A stretch of 61,276 bases of DNA, counting the filler, from Nemertoderma westbladi (Eukaryota; Animalia; Xenacoelomorpha), in NCBI GenBank assembly GCA_032718475.1. It is 3 parts of 3 records of this genome, joined end to end, with 100 filler letters (N's around TTAATTAATTAA, not from the genome) between each part and the next. Parts side by side here need not be neighbours in the genome. Positions count along the whole stretch, not along the records: positions 24,394 to 40,705 come from JAUCBJ010006339.1; 2 more parts are not named here. The stretch is one strand, 5' to 3'. Below the pieces are notes generated by a model, which was not told where the DNA came from, did no database searches, and saw only the letters and a program-made list of their open reading frames with translations. Shown here in pieces: positions 24,294 to 37,419 of this stretch (within the stretch, counting starts at the first letter, position 1; the number at the start of each line of letters is the position of its first letter). The position numbers were made by a program, and so were the translations under genes.

Positions 24294-24393
24294 NNNNNNN
24301 NNNNNNNNNNNNNNNNNNNNNNNNNNNNNNNNNNNNNTTAATTAATTAANNNNNNNNNNNNNNNNNNNNNNNNNNNNNNNNNNNNNNNNNNNN
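24294..24393. other. Artificial contig linker
   Basis: 100 bp: Ns around TTAATTAATTAA (stops in all six frames). Confidence 0.95.
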
Positions 24394-25050
24394 GTGTACA
24401 CATTGGCAGGAGGCCCCAAATACGGCAGTATAACTCTGGGTTAAGAGAACTTGTACACATTTGGCAGGAAGTCCCAAATACGGCAGTATAACTCTGGGTT
24501 AAGAGAACTTGTACACATTTGGCAGGAAGTCCCAAATACGGCAGTATAACTTTGGGTTAAGCACGTGTACACATTGGCAGGAGGCCCCAAATACGGCAGT
24601 ATAACTCTGGGTTAAGAGAACTTGTACATATTTTGCAGGAAGTCCCAAATACGGCAGTATAACTCTGGGTTGAGAGAACTTGTACACATTTGGCAGGAGG
24701 CCCAACATACGGCAGTATAACTCTGGGTTAAGCACGTGTACACATTGGCAGGAGGCCCCAAATACGGCAGTATAACTCTGGGTTAAGAGAACTTGTACAC
24801 ATTTGGCAGGAAGTCCCAAATACGGCAGTATAACTCTGGGTTAAGAGAACTTGTACACATTTGGCAGGAAGTCCCAAATACGGCAGTATAACTCTGGGTT
24901 AAGAGAACTTGTACACATTGGCAGGAGGCCCCAAATACGGCAGTATAACTTTGGGTTAAGAGAACTTGTACACATTTGGCAGGAGGCCCAACATACGGCA
25001 GTATAACTCTGGGTTAAGAGAACGTGTAACGTGTACGCGCATTGGCTGGA
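24394..25050. repeat. Satellite, ~59-60-bp unit
   Basis: About 11 copies of gtacacatttggcaggaagtcccaaatacggcagtataactctgggttaagagaactt. Confidence 0.95.
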
Positions 25051-26181
25051 GGCAATCCTAACAAATCTTCTGTACTTTAATATTTATTAAGTAAAACACG
25101 ACCAGCACCACCACCACCCCCCCCCCCCCCCCCCCCCCTCGCCTAGCTTTAAGCAAACCTTTTAACCCTCCCAAATTCTCTATATTACCGCTGCAGGAAT
25201 CAAAAAGTCTCACATGATCGCCATTCCAGATCAACTAGAGAGAGCTTAAAAAAAGAAGAACGTTTATATATCTATTTTATTTTTTCATTGTATTTGTACA
25301 GGCCAAATGTCAATGTAAGCACCGCCTCGTCGGATTCAGATTGGCCCACACTCACCCAGGCGCGCCTTCTTCTTCGTAGCTTCAGTAGTTCACTAACTTG
25401 ATGGTCAGGTCAGATCAAACATTCACTGGAGATCACCAAATGGCGCGCTGTATGAAGTACCATGCAGACAATGACGATGATGATTTCAATTCAATACCAG
25501 TAACTAGAGTACGGCAATGTAGAATAATTGAATTCGTACATTTAATAATAATAATAGATTCTTTATTATTTTCAAAACGATATGAATTGTACATTTTACC
25601 AACTTGCTAAACAACTAGTAAAGAAAGACTAAAGAGCAGGTTACAGCTTAGGGTTTTACTTACCAAAACATTAAAATATATCCTTATCACAGTCCGAAAT
25701 AAAATGGCATCTCAGAAGAAATTAGTCAAAAAGATATTATATATATATATGTAGTGAATAAAATTTTAGTGATAAAAAATATATATTTTTCGATAGGTAC
25801 AATATTAAAAAGTAGAACGATCTATTTAATGTGTTATTTTAGTGACAATAATTTAGTTAAAAGAACATTTAGTGAAAATGGAATTGTTTTATCGGCTTAT
25901 AAAATGAATGCGAAAAAAAAAGTTAATTGTGACTACTTCATGTGTAAAATAACTTTGTAAAGTTTAATAACAACTGTACAGTACAAATATATCCCATACC
26001 AGCTTAGCAGTATGCTAATGCAAATGCTACTTTCCGATACTGCAATCTTACAGAGTCAACTTATAAACGATCTGGTGAAATCATCGTTGAGCAGCAAAAC
26101 TTATTATTATTGAGATGGTCTTGACTTCGTCCTTCAGTATGAGAGTGAGAGACATATAGGTTTATACTAAGTGCAGTGCAT

Positions 26182-26472
26182 ACACGAGTGGGGCCTTCGC
26201 GTAGCAAAAGCTGCAACCCATCTTAGCGAACAATTATAATTATAGTTATATGCCTATTCTGATCTTGGCTTCCAACACACACACAGACTTTTGGTAAACG
26301 GCCATAGTATAATTATAATAAATGGGTAAACACTGAAGTCTTACACCCCTTAATCAAACAAAAAAAAAGTTTATATACCACCAAGCCCCATTAGTCAGTA
26401 TGTCGGTACTTTCAATTATCATAGTATAATTATAACAGTTCGCTAATGGCTCGCAGTTTTGACTCGCCCCAC
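26182..26472 (-). mobile_element. Short copy of the HINE-like family downstream of WASF exon 4
   Basis: Ends acacgagtggggccttcgcg and cgctaatggctc...ctcgccccac match both ends of 11932-15370. Confidence 0.65.
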
Positions 26473-26581
26473 TTTCCCGAGCGTGATAAATAGATTTAAT
26501 CGTGGTACTACTTTTGTAAATTATTAGTGTTGCTCTTTGTTTCAATAAGGGAATTCATGTGTGTTTATTTTTATAACTTAC

Positions 26582-27161
26582 CTTTACGAATAGCATCAAG
26601 GAAGTTGGACCTGGAACCGGTTTGAGAAACCTGAGGTTTATCCTCTTCAGGTGCCGCTGTCAGACTAACGCCCTGTAGTTGGGCGGCGAGAGAGACGCCC
26701 TGGGCGGGGGGCGGTACGGGGGCGGGGGGCGGCGGAGGAGGGGCGGGAGGGGCGTTGACGTTGGGTGCGGGGGGCGGGGAGGAGGAGGGGGGCGCAGGGG
26801 GGGCCGCGCGGGTTGGCGAGATCGTTACGGGCTGCGGGGGTGGAGACGGCATGCGCTCGGGGGCCGAGTCGGGGGGCGCGGGGGGCGGAGGGGGTGGCGG
26901 TTCCGATGGCCTTTGTACCGACGTCGAAGGCCGACGGTACTCCGCCGGTGGTACAATCTCCGGGGGTAGGGCCTCCGTACTCCCGTACCCCGGCGTACCA
27001 CTAGAGGGCGTAGTAATGATGGAGCTACCCTCAGAGCGACCCCCTGCAGGTACGAACTCCTTTCCTTTACTCATATCTTCTCTAAGCTTCTTCGCCGCTT
27101 CTAATTGTCTTTCCTTTTTGGCAATAGCGGCTTCTGTAGACCCCTTTTCTGGTCGTTTTAC
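26582..27161 (-). CDS. WASF: WAVE/SCAR exon 4: basic region end, proline-rich region, start of WH2
   Basis: Acceptor tttag|GTA AAA in phase 0; poly-Pro; SRSNFLDAIRKG followed by donor gtaagt. Confidence 0.88.
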
Positions 27162-27539
27162 CTAAACAATGAAAAAATAATATGGAAGGCCACTCAAAAC
27201 AAAAATTAAAAAAAAAAACAATTCGCTTTTCTTTAGAGTATTATTTATTAAAAAAAAAAAAGTTTTTAATAAATTTTAATTTATGCCACCTGTGGCTGCA
27301 TAGACCCCCTGCCCATACTAAGGGTAAATCTGGTCCTGTAACTAAGACCCCCTTCGTACTGGGTTAGGGACGCCCTTGGTCCTGGGTTAAGGACCCATAT
27401 AATGCCAGTCCAGGACAGGCGATGGCAATGGCTGACCAGGAGTAGAGTGCTCTCATCTGACATGTGCATTGGTGATTTTCAACCACTTCTACTGCCACTG
27501 GTTGTTGAGGATGGTTTGTATTACCCGCTATTTATTTCT

Positions 27540-28005
27540 TTAATTAACGGATTGCTCAGCGGATTTCTCATTAACTTACGGCCGCTGTTTCTTTAACTAA
27601 CGGATTTCTCATTAACTTACCCACTGTTTCTTTAACTAACGGATTTATCATCAACTTACCCGCTGTTTCTCTAACTAACGGATTTCTCATTAACTTACCC
27701 GCTGTTTCTCTAACTAACTGATTTCTCATTAACGTATCCGCTGTTTCTCTAACTAACGGGTTTCTCATTAACTTACGGCCGCTGTTTCTCTAACTAACGG
27801 ATTTCTCATTAACTTACCCGCTGTTTCTCTAACTAACGGATTTTTCATTAACTTACCCGCTGTTTCTCTAACTAACGGATTTCTCACTAACTTACCCGCT
27901 GTTTCTCTAACTAACTGATTTCTCATTAACGTATCCGCTGTTTCTCTAACTAACGGATTTCTCATTAACTTACCCGCTGTTTCTTTAACTGGCGGATTTC
28001 TCGTT
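27540..28005 (-). repeat. 39-bp minisatellite made from the WASF exon 3/intron junction
   Basis: About 11-12 copies of gagaaatccgttagttagagaaacagcgggtaagttaat on the minus strand. Confidence 0.9.
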
Positions 28006-28097
28006 TCTTCTCAGTATCCTTAACCATCGCTTCGCGCCACAACTCGAAGAAAAAGTTTGGATTCGTGTAAAACTTGAGACAATCTTTCCCATCATCC
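27974..28097 (-). CDS. WASF: WAVE/SCAR exon 3 (end of WHD, basic region)
   Basis: (R)[41 protein letters not shown]; AG/GT boundaries with matching phases. Confidence 0.92.
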
Positions 28098-28312
28098 CTA
28101 CCAACAAATATATTGAGATTTAGTGCAGACATCGTGTCCATTGTATACCGTACAGTAGCGCGTATATATTACTTCAAATTCTATGTTAAGGTACATATAC
28201 TTTAGGTAAGAAAAAAAAACAGGAAATGGGAAGTACCGGTATTATAATATAACAGTAACAGTCAGACAGTCTTTGAAAGGTTGTTCAATGAATATATAAT
28301 ACCGGTACTAGC

Positions 28313-29140
28313 AGCAGCGCAGGCCGTGAGGCCATATTGTACGTGCAGTCGTACATATTATATACACCATAACCCTTAATACAACAACCATTTTTTAGGG
28401 GGTCGGAGCCCCACCCCCCTAATTTTTTTCAAATTTCAATAAAATACTACGAAATTCGGTATGATGATAGATCGACACCTTTTCATACTGGAGGCCTGGC
28501 CGGATTTTTCAATTTCTCAGTTATTTCCATACAACAAGCCCTTAAAAAATATATATTTAGCAATGTTTAACCACCTCCGTAGACTTTATTTTACGTCTTT
28601 GAAAAGTAATCTAGATATCATTAGAACCGCCTTCGTCTGTAGATTCCGAATCTGAAAACCGTTTTAAATTTCACCAGTAATTTCCTGAGATATTATCAAC
28701 ATTCAAAGGCATACATTTAATGACGTAAATCTACATTATTCTAATGTATTTTTACTCAATTCTAGAATATTAATTATTTACGCACAGCTTTTAGAACGGA
28801 GTTTTAAACGCTTAGCTAATTAATAATTAATATTCTAGAATAGAGTAAAAAATACATTAGAACAATGTAGATTTACGTCATAAAATGTATGCCTTTGAAT
28901 GTTGATAATATCTCAGGAAAAAATCCGGCCAGGCCACCAGTAAGAAAAGGTGTCGAACTATCATCATACCGATTTTCGTAGTATTTTATGGAAATTTGAA
29001 AAAAATTAGGGGGGGGGGGGGGGGGGGGGGGCTCCGACCCCCTAAAAATGGTTGTTGTATTAAGGGTTATGGCAGTATGGTGTATATAATATGTACGACT
29101 GCACGTACAATAGGCTATGGCCTCACGGCCTGCGCTGCTC
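28313..29140. mobile_element. MITE with long TIRs and a nested palindromic element in WASF intron 2
   Basis: agcagcgcaggccgtgaggccat...(~200 bp) is inverted at 28920-29140; 28680-28790 is inverted at 28820-28920. Confidence 0.8.
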
Positions 29141-29217
29141 GAAGGTGATGAAAAAAGCAACCTGATGCGGTAGGCGGGCTTTGATATCAACTGGGTGCTC
29201 ACTCACACCATTCTCAC

Positions 29218-29371
29218 CTGTGGGAGTTGAGTATTTGAAGGGCGGGGGGTCTGTCAATGGCTGAGTGGAGAGATATTAGTCCCGCTGGCATCGTGTTCCG
29301 GCTAACAACTTGTTGGTCTTCGCGCTCGGAGCTTCTAAATGCCTTCCTTTGGTCGATATCCTGCACCAATA
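29218..29371 (-). CDS. WASF: WAVE/SCAR exon 2
   Basis: VLVQDIDQRKAFRSSEREDQQVVSRNTMP...PPALQILNSHR; ttacag acceptor, gtgag donor. Confidence 0.92.
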
Positions 29372-29592
29372 CTGTAAAACATCGTGGGAAAAAAGCGTTA
29401 AATAGTAGCACTCTGCCAGTGCAAGTGGTATACTGGTATACAGTAGGCTACCGGTACTGCAGTATCGAGCATTAAAACGCTGAGCAGGGCATGCAGACTG
29501 TTAGGCTATTCCAATTATGGATTATTGGATTCTGGGATTAGGCTTATTAACGATTACTGTTAATGTATTAACTTCTGAAATTCGAGATTTAC

Positions 29593-29863
29593 CTGTCTCT
29601 ACAGTGGAGTCCAACTGCTGCGCTTTTGCTGAAAGGTTTTCGATGCGAAGTTGGAGTCCATTTGCCCGGTTTTGAATGGCCACAGCGTCCAAACACAACT
29701 CGCTAAATATACTCTCCGCGTGGACACTTAGATGACTCAATTGCTGAATGACGTGTGACAAACTGCTGTTTGTAACACACTCCAGTTCGTGGTCTTTTAC
29801 CGTTTCAACTTGTGTATTTCGGGCGAGTTCGATTGGTTGAACCAATCGTTTCGTAAGTGGCAT
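29593..29863 (-). CDS. WASF: WAVE/SCAR (WASP family verprolin-homologous protein) first coding exon, WHD
   Basis: MPLTKRLVQP...ELECVTNSSLSHVIQQLSHLSVHAESIFSEL...LDSTVE matches the WAVE N-terminus; donor g|gtaaa. Confidence 0.95.
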
Positions 29864-30291
29864 ACTTACAGACTTAAGTTGATTTACTTTTTACGTAGGC
29901 CTAAGTTCTGAAGTTCCGGTACTGACTACCGATGAACGCCTATCCAGCTATCTGCCTGTTGAATGGAATCAAGGCCTAGTAGAGAAGACTGACCGTGCAG
30001 CCTACTGCTAGACATTAAAACTTCTGGACTTATGGGGCGACTTTTATTAAGCTGTTAAGGGCAGTGATTTTTTATGTCCTTTTATTTGACTTTTTTTGTC
30101 CTCCTTTTTTTACGAATTGTGCATAATGACACTTTTGTCCCTTTAATGACTTTTGTTGTCCTTTTAATGACTTTTTATGTATGTATTTCTTCAAACTGTC
30201 AGACTGCTGATTTCTGGACTGTCAGACAGTTGATTTCAACATGCCTATGCCAAAACATTCAAAATTTGTTGATTTCTGGTCTGTCGGACAG

Positions 30292-32286
30292 CAGTGCCGG
30301 ATTAAGCCTCAGATGGCCCTAAGGCACATTTTAGTAATTTCCAAAAATGGCCCGAAAATTGATATTTTTCCGCAAACCCTTTCAAAAGAAAAAGCTGCTA
30401 AAAACAACGGAAATTGTGAAAATGTTGCGAAGGAAATATAAAGTTTTTTCGTCGGATTACTGCGTGCAAATAAGTACTAAGTACTTTAATAATAAGTACT
30501 TCGAAAAAATAGTTTTCATCAAGAATCTTTAACATTACTAATAAATGCCTATAAAACCTTTGCTATAAAATGTGTAATGGTTTTGGTAGAACTTCTGAAG
30601 CTTTAATTTTTAATATATTAATGGGACCATTACCCCAAATCTATTTGTTTTATTTATAAAGCTACTATTCTGAAACTTTAATACAATTATATGTGATCTT
30701 ATATATACTATTAAAACTGAGTATAGATACTGTAGTTTTATAAATTGTTTGTTCGAAAAATATGGAACTTTCTGAACAGTTCGGTATTTTCAAAAATTCT
30801 ATAAATTTGTGGCATTTCTATGTAAATTAGCTCATGTTAAGGATCTGTAATACCCTGCATTGAAGTTCTTGGTCCAAGACTTTGGTAAAATGGACCTAAA
30901 AATGTAGGCTATCTTCTATGATGATTTTAGCACAAAATTATTGTTTTAAAAAATTTAGGGGGGTTTTAGTATTTCCGGGCTATATTTTGAGAATAAATAT
31001 TTTGTGATAGACAAAGTGTAGCAGTTACTAAATCGGTTCTAGAAGATCCAAATGGCCATGTTTTACAAAACCAACGATAGTAGTCCTAAAGCTGCTGAAC
31101 ATTTTGTATGTTGGATGACAATTGAGTAAAAAATAAAATAGTATATAGTAGGGAATTTAGTGATGAAAAAAGTCAAAATTGACAAACTGAGAAAAAGGTG
31201 GTTTTATACAGAGAGTCATAAATATCAGCAATTTATTTATGTTGTTGAAAAGAGCAGTTTTGAGGTAAAAAAATAATTCACTGTTGAAAACCGATATCAC
31301 CTTATGAAAGCCCTTCTATCAAACTACAAAAAATTGTGCAAATTTTTTAAAATTTCATTTCTGTGGGGGTTATAGTTGGCCCCCTTAAGGCTGACTGGCC
31401 CCTGTAGGCATTTAGCAATTTTGATCGGATCTTGGGAATGTGTTATTTATTTGCTGTAGGTTTCGCGGGGTACTTATCTTTACAGGACTTGCTGAGAAAT
31501 ATACCACACCGTAAGTGTGGGCTTAGTGCAAAGATATAATATTTCTGATCTAGATTTGGACTTGCTGAGAAAGTAATGTTCTTCGATAAGAGAACAGTCT
31601 CGGAAATAAACACTTTTTATCGCTAATTTTAATTTACCCCAATTCAATTGTGCTGTCCGAGAGTTTTAGGTTTTGCAGGAATTGCACATAAATTGCCATC
31701 GAATGCAAAATTCAATACACGAGGGCAGAACATCTGAATTTCGGTTAAATTAAATTACAGTAGTGACAAGAAGTTATTTCTGAAATTATTTCTTTTTTTT
31801 ATCAACAACTATTTTATCTACAACTAATTTATCCTTTTTTTTTTTTTATCTAAGGGCCTATATTTATAAAACTAGTTTCCGGTAAAAAAAAATTAATTTC
31901 GCACTACCATATCTCCACGCCATACATTTACTACTGTATGAACTGTATTTCCAGTATGTCACCACGTCATTATTTGGTTGTTCTAGAAAGTTTAAAAGCA
32001 TAACTACAAATAATTCCCCACAAATAGATAAAATTAAATTCTCCACTGTTCATAATATAATTAGCACTTTAAAGTTTTACTGCCCATGTAAATATAGAAT
32101 TTTGCACTTTCTATCACAAATTTAGGGATAGAAAGTAGTCGAAAGATGCACTTTCTTGCTCTGTTTCCGGACTTTTCAGATAAAAATATTTTTTTCACAG
32201 GAATGACTCGCTGAGAAAAAATGGCCCGGATTTTCGGCTGGCCCTAAGGCACGTGCCTTATATGCCTTAAGGTTAATCCGGCACTG
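30292..32286. mobile_element. Non-autonomous hAT-type DNA transposon
   Basis: TIR cagtgccggattaa/ttaatccggcactg; 8-bp TSD tcggacag (30284-30291, 32287-32294); subterminal ggccctaaggcac repeats. Confidence 0.88.
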
Positions 32287-32479
32287 TCGGACAGTTGATT
32301 TCACTATGCCTGTGCCAAAACATTCAAAATTCCATGATTTATAGACTATGAGCGAGATTTCCATATGCGCCTGTGGTAAAAGACTGTAAATTTGATAGTT
32401 TGTGGTTGTTGTCGATAATCGATTACCACATGACGTAGCAAAACACTCATTTTATAGCCAAAAACAATTACCAATTGAT

Positions 32480-33065
32480 GGAAAGGAGCAGGTTAAGGCC
32501 GGATTTTCTAACCAAAACAATAAACAGTCACTTTACCAAATGAAGGAAAGGAGCAGGTTACAGAGGCTAGCCTTTCTAACCAAAACAATAAACGGTCACT
32601 TTACCAAATCAGGGAAAGGAGCACGTTACAGAGGCGGGATTTTCTAACCAAAACAATAAACAATCACTTTACCAAATGAAGGAAAGGAGCAGGTTACATA
32701 GATGGTCTTTTCTAACCAAAACAATAAACGATAACATTACCAATTGAGAGAAAGGAGCAGGTTACAGAGGCGGGATTTCCTAACCAAAACAATAAACGAT
32801 CGCTTAACTAATTGAAGGAAAGGAGCAGGTTACAAAGAGGCGGGATTTTCTAACCAAAAACAAAAACGATCATTTAACTAATTGAGGGAAAGGGGCAGGT
32901 TACAGAGGCGGGATTTTCTAACCAAAACAATAAACAGTCACTTTACAAAATGAAGGAAAGGAGCAGGTTACAGCGGCGGGCCTTTCTAACCAAAACAATA
33001 AACGGTCACTTTACCAAATCAGGGAAAGGAGCAGGTTGCAGAGGCGGGATTGTCTAACCAAAACA
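32480..33065 (+). repeat. Tandem repeat, ~60-bp unit
   Basis: About 10 copies of ggaaaggagcaggttacagaggcgggattttctaaccaaaacaataaac; dispersed copies at ~13645-13720, 21010-21305 and ~25635. Confidence 0.92.
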
Positions 33066-33899
33066 ACCGGTCAGCCGGTAGGCCTACCATTACCGTATTT
33101 AAATGGTAGGCTACACAATAGGCATACAGCAGTACCGGTGCCGGAACCGGTACTAAAATACCTGCTTTATACCTACATCTGTACATACGCCCAATACAGC
33201 AATACTGCAAAATAGTGCTCAATATACTAATACCGGTACTGATAGCCTAAGAGAACAGCAGTAGAACCGGTAGCATGGAACCTAACGGTAAATTTCTGGA
33301 GGACATAAAAAGTAAAAAAAAAACTAATACAGGTACTGATAGCCGGAGAGAACAGCAGTAGAGAAACCGGTAGCATGGAACCTAACGGTAAATTTCTGGA
33401 GGACATAAAAAGTAAAAAAAAGGACATCATGAGTGATTTAAACGGACAATAAAAATTATTGCGTTTTATTAAGTGCTGGTGCTACAGTTTTGACTAACTA
33501 ATGGATTTGTTGTGTTAATTGCGTCGTTTAAGGGGAAAATACATTGAGATGGTTTATAATTTACCGTATTATAGTTTAACGCTAATTATGGTAATAGTTG
33601 TAGCCCACCTAGGACCTACAACAGCTGTACAGTACTTTTCTGGCACCGCTGAAAACGGCGGTGTATTGTCTACGTACACACACAAGGACCTTTATACTGT
33701 TTGTATCTTGTCATTTACAGTACTTTCCTCGTTTTCTAACAGTTCTCAAGTTTGGTTCCCTCTGTAGTTCGAACGCCACGCCACCCCCCCCCCCCCCCCC
33801 CCCCCCCACACCCAAATAATTTGTACTGTATATTATTTTATGGTACTTAAAATTACTACTTTATATTATTAACAGGTACTTTGTGTTATTATTATATCA

Positions 33900-34740
33900 T
33901 TTGTACTATTACAGTGATGTGCTAATCTCATCTGTTAATTGCTGTATCCTAATATCTTTTACAGGACCATCAATAAAGCACACCAGATCAGCGAATTTAC
34001 GGAGAAAGGTTAGTCTGGGGTCAATACCAAATCGAAAAGGTGCCCGGTTGGGATCTCTAGGGCGTTTAAACCTGAAAGAAGTTTGTATATTAATAATGTT
34101 CCGGAACTTAGCAACAGTTTGAATAAATAGAGCAGTCTCCTTCCATGAATCTGTTGAAATTGCGCTAGTCTTTAATGCTGATACAGCCTCATCACAAAAC
34201 ACTTGAAGGGCCGATTTACATTTTGTTTATCTAAATTGTTTGGTGGATCTTTCTGTAAGTTTAGATAATTTCACAATGTAATATAATTGCTCTCGTGATA
34301 GAACAGATTTATCCAATCGCTTCACTTAACAGTCATTGCTTGCTTTTGACAAGAGTCTTCAATACTACTGTATACTGTAGAACTTCAATTGTTAGGTAAC
34401 TTCAAAAAGGAAATTGTTTCTGATGCACTAATAAAATATAAAAGCGTGTACAGGATAATATGGAAAAGAATCATTAGAGTCTATTACAGATCGGCAGATC
34501 CACGGTCGCTTTGCATTTATCGGTTCAAACTTTATAAAAATAAACAAAAAAAAACTTATATTATTCACAGATAAATTATCACCAGTGATACCTAAAACTG
34601 TAGCACCGCTGTAGTGTAAATCGATGCACAACCTTTTAACTTGGTCAAACTGGTACTCTGAATCCAAGTTGCAGACTGGAAGAAGTTTAGCAACAAATCG
34701 TCGGTGTGTATTAAAAAAAAACATATAACCATAAAGTGGG
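33900..34740 (-). pseudogene. P-element/THAP9-like transposase relic
   Basis: VAKLLPVCNLDSEYQFDQV...VLGITGDNLSVN and FCDEAVSALK...TALFIQTVAKFRNIINI...RDPNRAP...LTFL. Confidence 0.7.
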
Positions 34741-34744
34741 TTAT

Positions 34745-35236
34745 ATTGAAAAATATCGAGACATGAAAAATATCGAGAGTAAAAATAACGCGAGTAAAAA
34801 CATCGAGTGGTGAAAAATAACGATAATATCGAGAGTTCAAAAAATATCGAAAGTAAAAATATCGAGGGTAAAAATATCGAGAGTAAAAATATCGAGGGTA
34901 AAAATGTCGAGAGTAAAAATATCGAGTGTTGAAAAATATCGAGAGTAAAAATATCGAGTGTTGAAAAATATCGAGAGTAAAAATATCGAGTGTTGAAAAA
35001 TATCGAGAGTAAAAATATAGAGTGTTGAAAAATATCGAGAGTAAAAATATCGAGTGTTGAAAAATATCGAGAGTAAAAATATCGAGTGTTGAAAAATATC
35101 GAGAGTAAAAATGTCGAGTGTTGAAAAATATCGAGTTTTGAAAAATATCGAGTGTTGAAAAATATCGAGTTTTGAAAAATATCGAGTGTTGAAAAATATA
35201 GAGTGTTGAAAAATATCGAGAGTAAAAATATCGATA
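34745..35236. repeat. Compound 15/17-bp minisatellite (aaaaatatcgagagt / aaaaatatcgagtgttg)
   Basis: Direct reading; reverse-complement array at 40350-40705. Confidence 0.95.
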
Positions 35237-35799
35237 TAGTCCGGCAGCAAAGTGATGAACCGTGCAATTTTATACCCATAAAAAGTCTCATCAGTTTCAT
35301 GATCACAATACCATACTAATCGATATTAGGGAGGGTGTCGCTCTCTCAGCCTTGAGCTATTTGAATAAAACGTGTTTCCATGTCAACAGCGACTGAGACC
35401 CTAGCAACCGCTATTATAAACACTCAATATCTAGACAATTTTACACCAAATTGGTTTCTATCGATGATTGCCAATCCAATGAACCCAGTCCCGAAGCACT
35501 GTTGCCATGGTAACCGTTGTTAGGGGCAGTAATCTTCGGGTAACGGCATATTTAACACCAATTTAAGCAATAGAAAACTACAGTGACTCTACTCCTAGTA
35601 TATCAAGGTTATTCAACTTCGTTTCGAGTCACGGTTATCATCGTTGTTAAGTCCAATAGGATCTCCATAGGCCCCCTACCAACCAGCGATATAAGCATTA
35701 TATGACTACGATATCAAGATATATATATTCCACTGTAGGGCTACCGTCACTGGGTTACTATTGCACCCCGACCAGTCATTAAAAGATATAGATTTCGCA

Positions 35800-37250
35800 C
35801 TACTACTAGGATCGGCATGCTGCCATTGCAGCTGCATTTTTAGAATGCTGTGCCGGCTTGTCGAAAAAATTGCGCCGCCACAACTCCCTATCACCCATGA
35901 CATTTGCTAGATCATCCGCATTTTCAAGGCCAGTGTCCTTTAAGATGCGTCTTAAGAAAGTCATGGGCTGTCCATCATGCTTATTCACTCCATGAGGCTG
36001 CCAAAGCACAAGATTATGCACTGGCTGGTCCTCACGGCGAAAGCAATGTCCTTCAAAGCGGAGGCGACTTTGTTCTAGTGTCAAGCTTGGGGGAACCAAT
36101 GAGACACCTCCAATGTTATATAGTGTCTGGTTGGAGATGTGTGCATTGTACTTGATACAATGAACCCGGCGTAGCATTCTTGTGAATGTGCCATCCAGCG
36201 ATTTGGAGTCCTCAGCAGTTAGAGCCCAGCATGGAATCCCGTAGAGGAGTACTGGAACTACTGCTGCTCTAAATACTCGGACCTTAAGTTTCCGATTAAT
36301 TCTCTGTGACTTCCAAATACTGGAAAGCCTATTCATTATTATTCATTTTTATTATTATTATTATCATTATTATTAATTATTATCCTTCTAAGTATCAAAA
36401 TAGGCTCCATGGTCCCACGACCTTTACGGAACCCATTCTGTTTTCCACGGAGCAGTCTCTCAATGGGATCCCTGATGCGATTTAATATAATTCTATTGTA
36501 TAGCTTTGCAGCAATCGAGATTAATGAGATTCCCTGAAAAGAACCATAGAGTGTTAGGTTGCCCTTCCCGGGAACTGGCACCAACTTATTTGTTTTCATT
36601 TCTTGTGGGACTCTTGTTGTTCTGTAATTGTCTACTATGATGGGATAGATGAGCTTTAAACACTCAGGTATTTTAAAGACCTCAGGGGGAAGACCATCTA
36701 CTCAACTGGCACAATTGGTATTAATGCTCTTTGCAGCAGCCTTCACTTCTGCAAAGGAGATATCGCCAATGGGAATATCTGGGAGTACAGACTCAGACAC
36801 TTTTACTTCTATAAACTTATCAGGCAATACCCTGTCATTATTGAGGAGCTTTTCAAAGTGGGCCTTCCAACCATTGAGGCGATCGGCTGGTGATTCAGCC
36901 TTAACCTTGGTGGTTGGTTGGCTTTTCAAACCAGTAAGCAAGTTGATCGATTTCCATGCCTGGGATGATTCCCTGCTGTCGTCAGCATCATTGATGGCAT
37001 CAACCTGTTTGTTTATTAGCTCCTGTAGATTAACATAGTACTGCCTGTTCAGGGACCTAGATGCAGCCTTAACTGCATTCTTGGCTGCTGTAGTCTGTTT
37101 GAGTCGGGACTCTTTCTGCGCCTTATGGAGGTCATTTCGGCACTTTTGAATTTTGTAGTCAGTCCAGGGGGTCCTTTTCCTGTTTCGAGGGTATAAGGAA
37201 CTGTTTCTGCAGCTGCTAACTTAACTGCTTCTGTGAAAGCAGTATAGCCT
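35800..37250 (-). mobile_element. RTE-like LINE fragment with internal deletion
   Basis: ORFs 35806..36336 (VLLYGIPCWAL), 36339..36599 (GISLISIAAKLYNRI, QNGFRKGRGT) and 36702..36941; (TAG)n tail at 35800-35809. Confidence 0.88.
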
Positions 37251-37419
37251 TCACAGCCTAGTGATCTGCCGCCTCAGAGGCAAGAACCTCATACCTAAAG
37301 ACCTAACCTGACGCATGTGAGGCCAATTGTGTCCGGTAATTCCAGTGGCCTCTAGCGGCCGGGCCTCCGCATTACTAATGTAATCCATAGTGAGGATTGG
37401 GGGGGGGGGGGGGGAGCTT

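Noticed and set aside
24394-25050. ORFs and CRISPR-like periodicity in the 60-bp repeat
   Set aside because: Plain satellite; the ORFs are by-products of the repeat
26679-27165. Gly-rich plus-strand ORFs
   Set aside because: Antisense shadows of the WASF proline-rich exon
27571-27965. MRNPLVRETAGKL repeat ORFs
   Set aside because: Out-of-frame translation of the intronic minisatellite
34428-35306. 292-aa ORF (and 40235..40761 ORFs)
   Set aside because: Mostly translated minisatellite; only the C-terminal part is transposase relic
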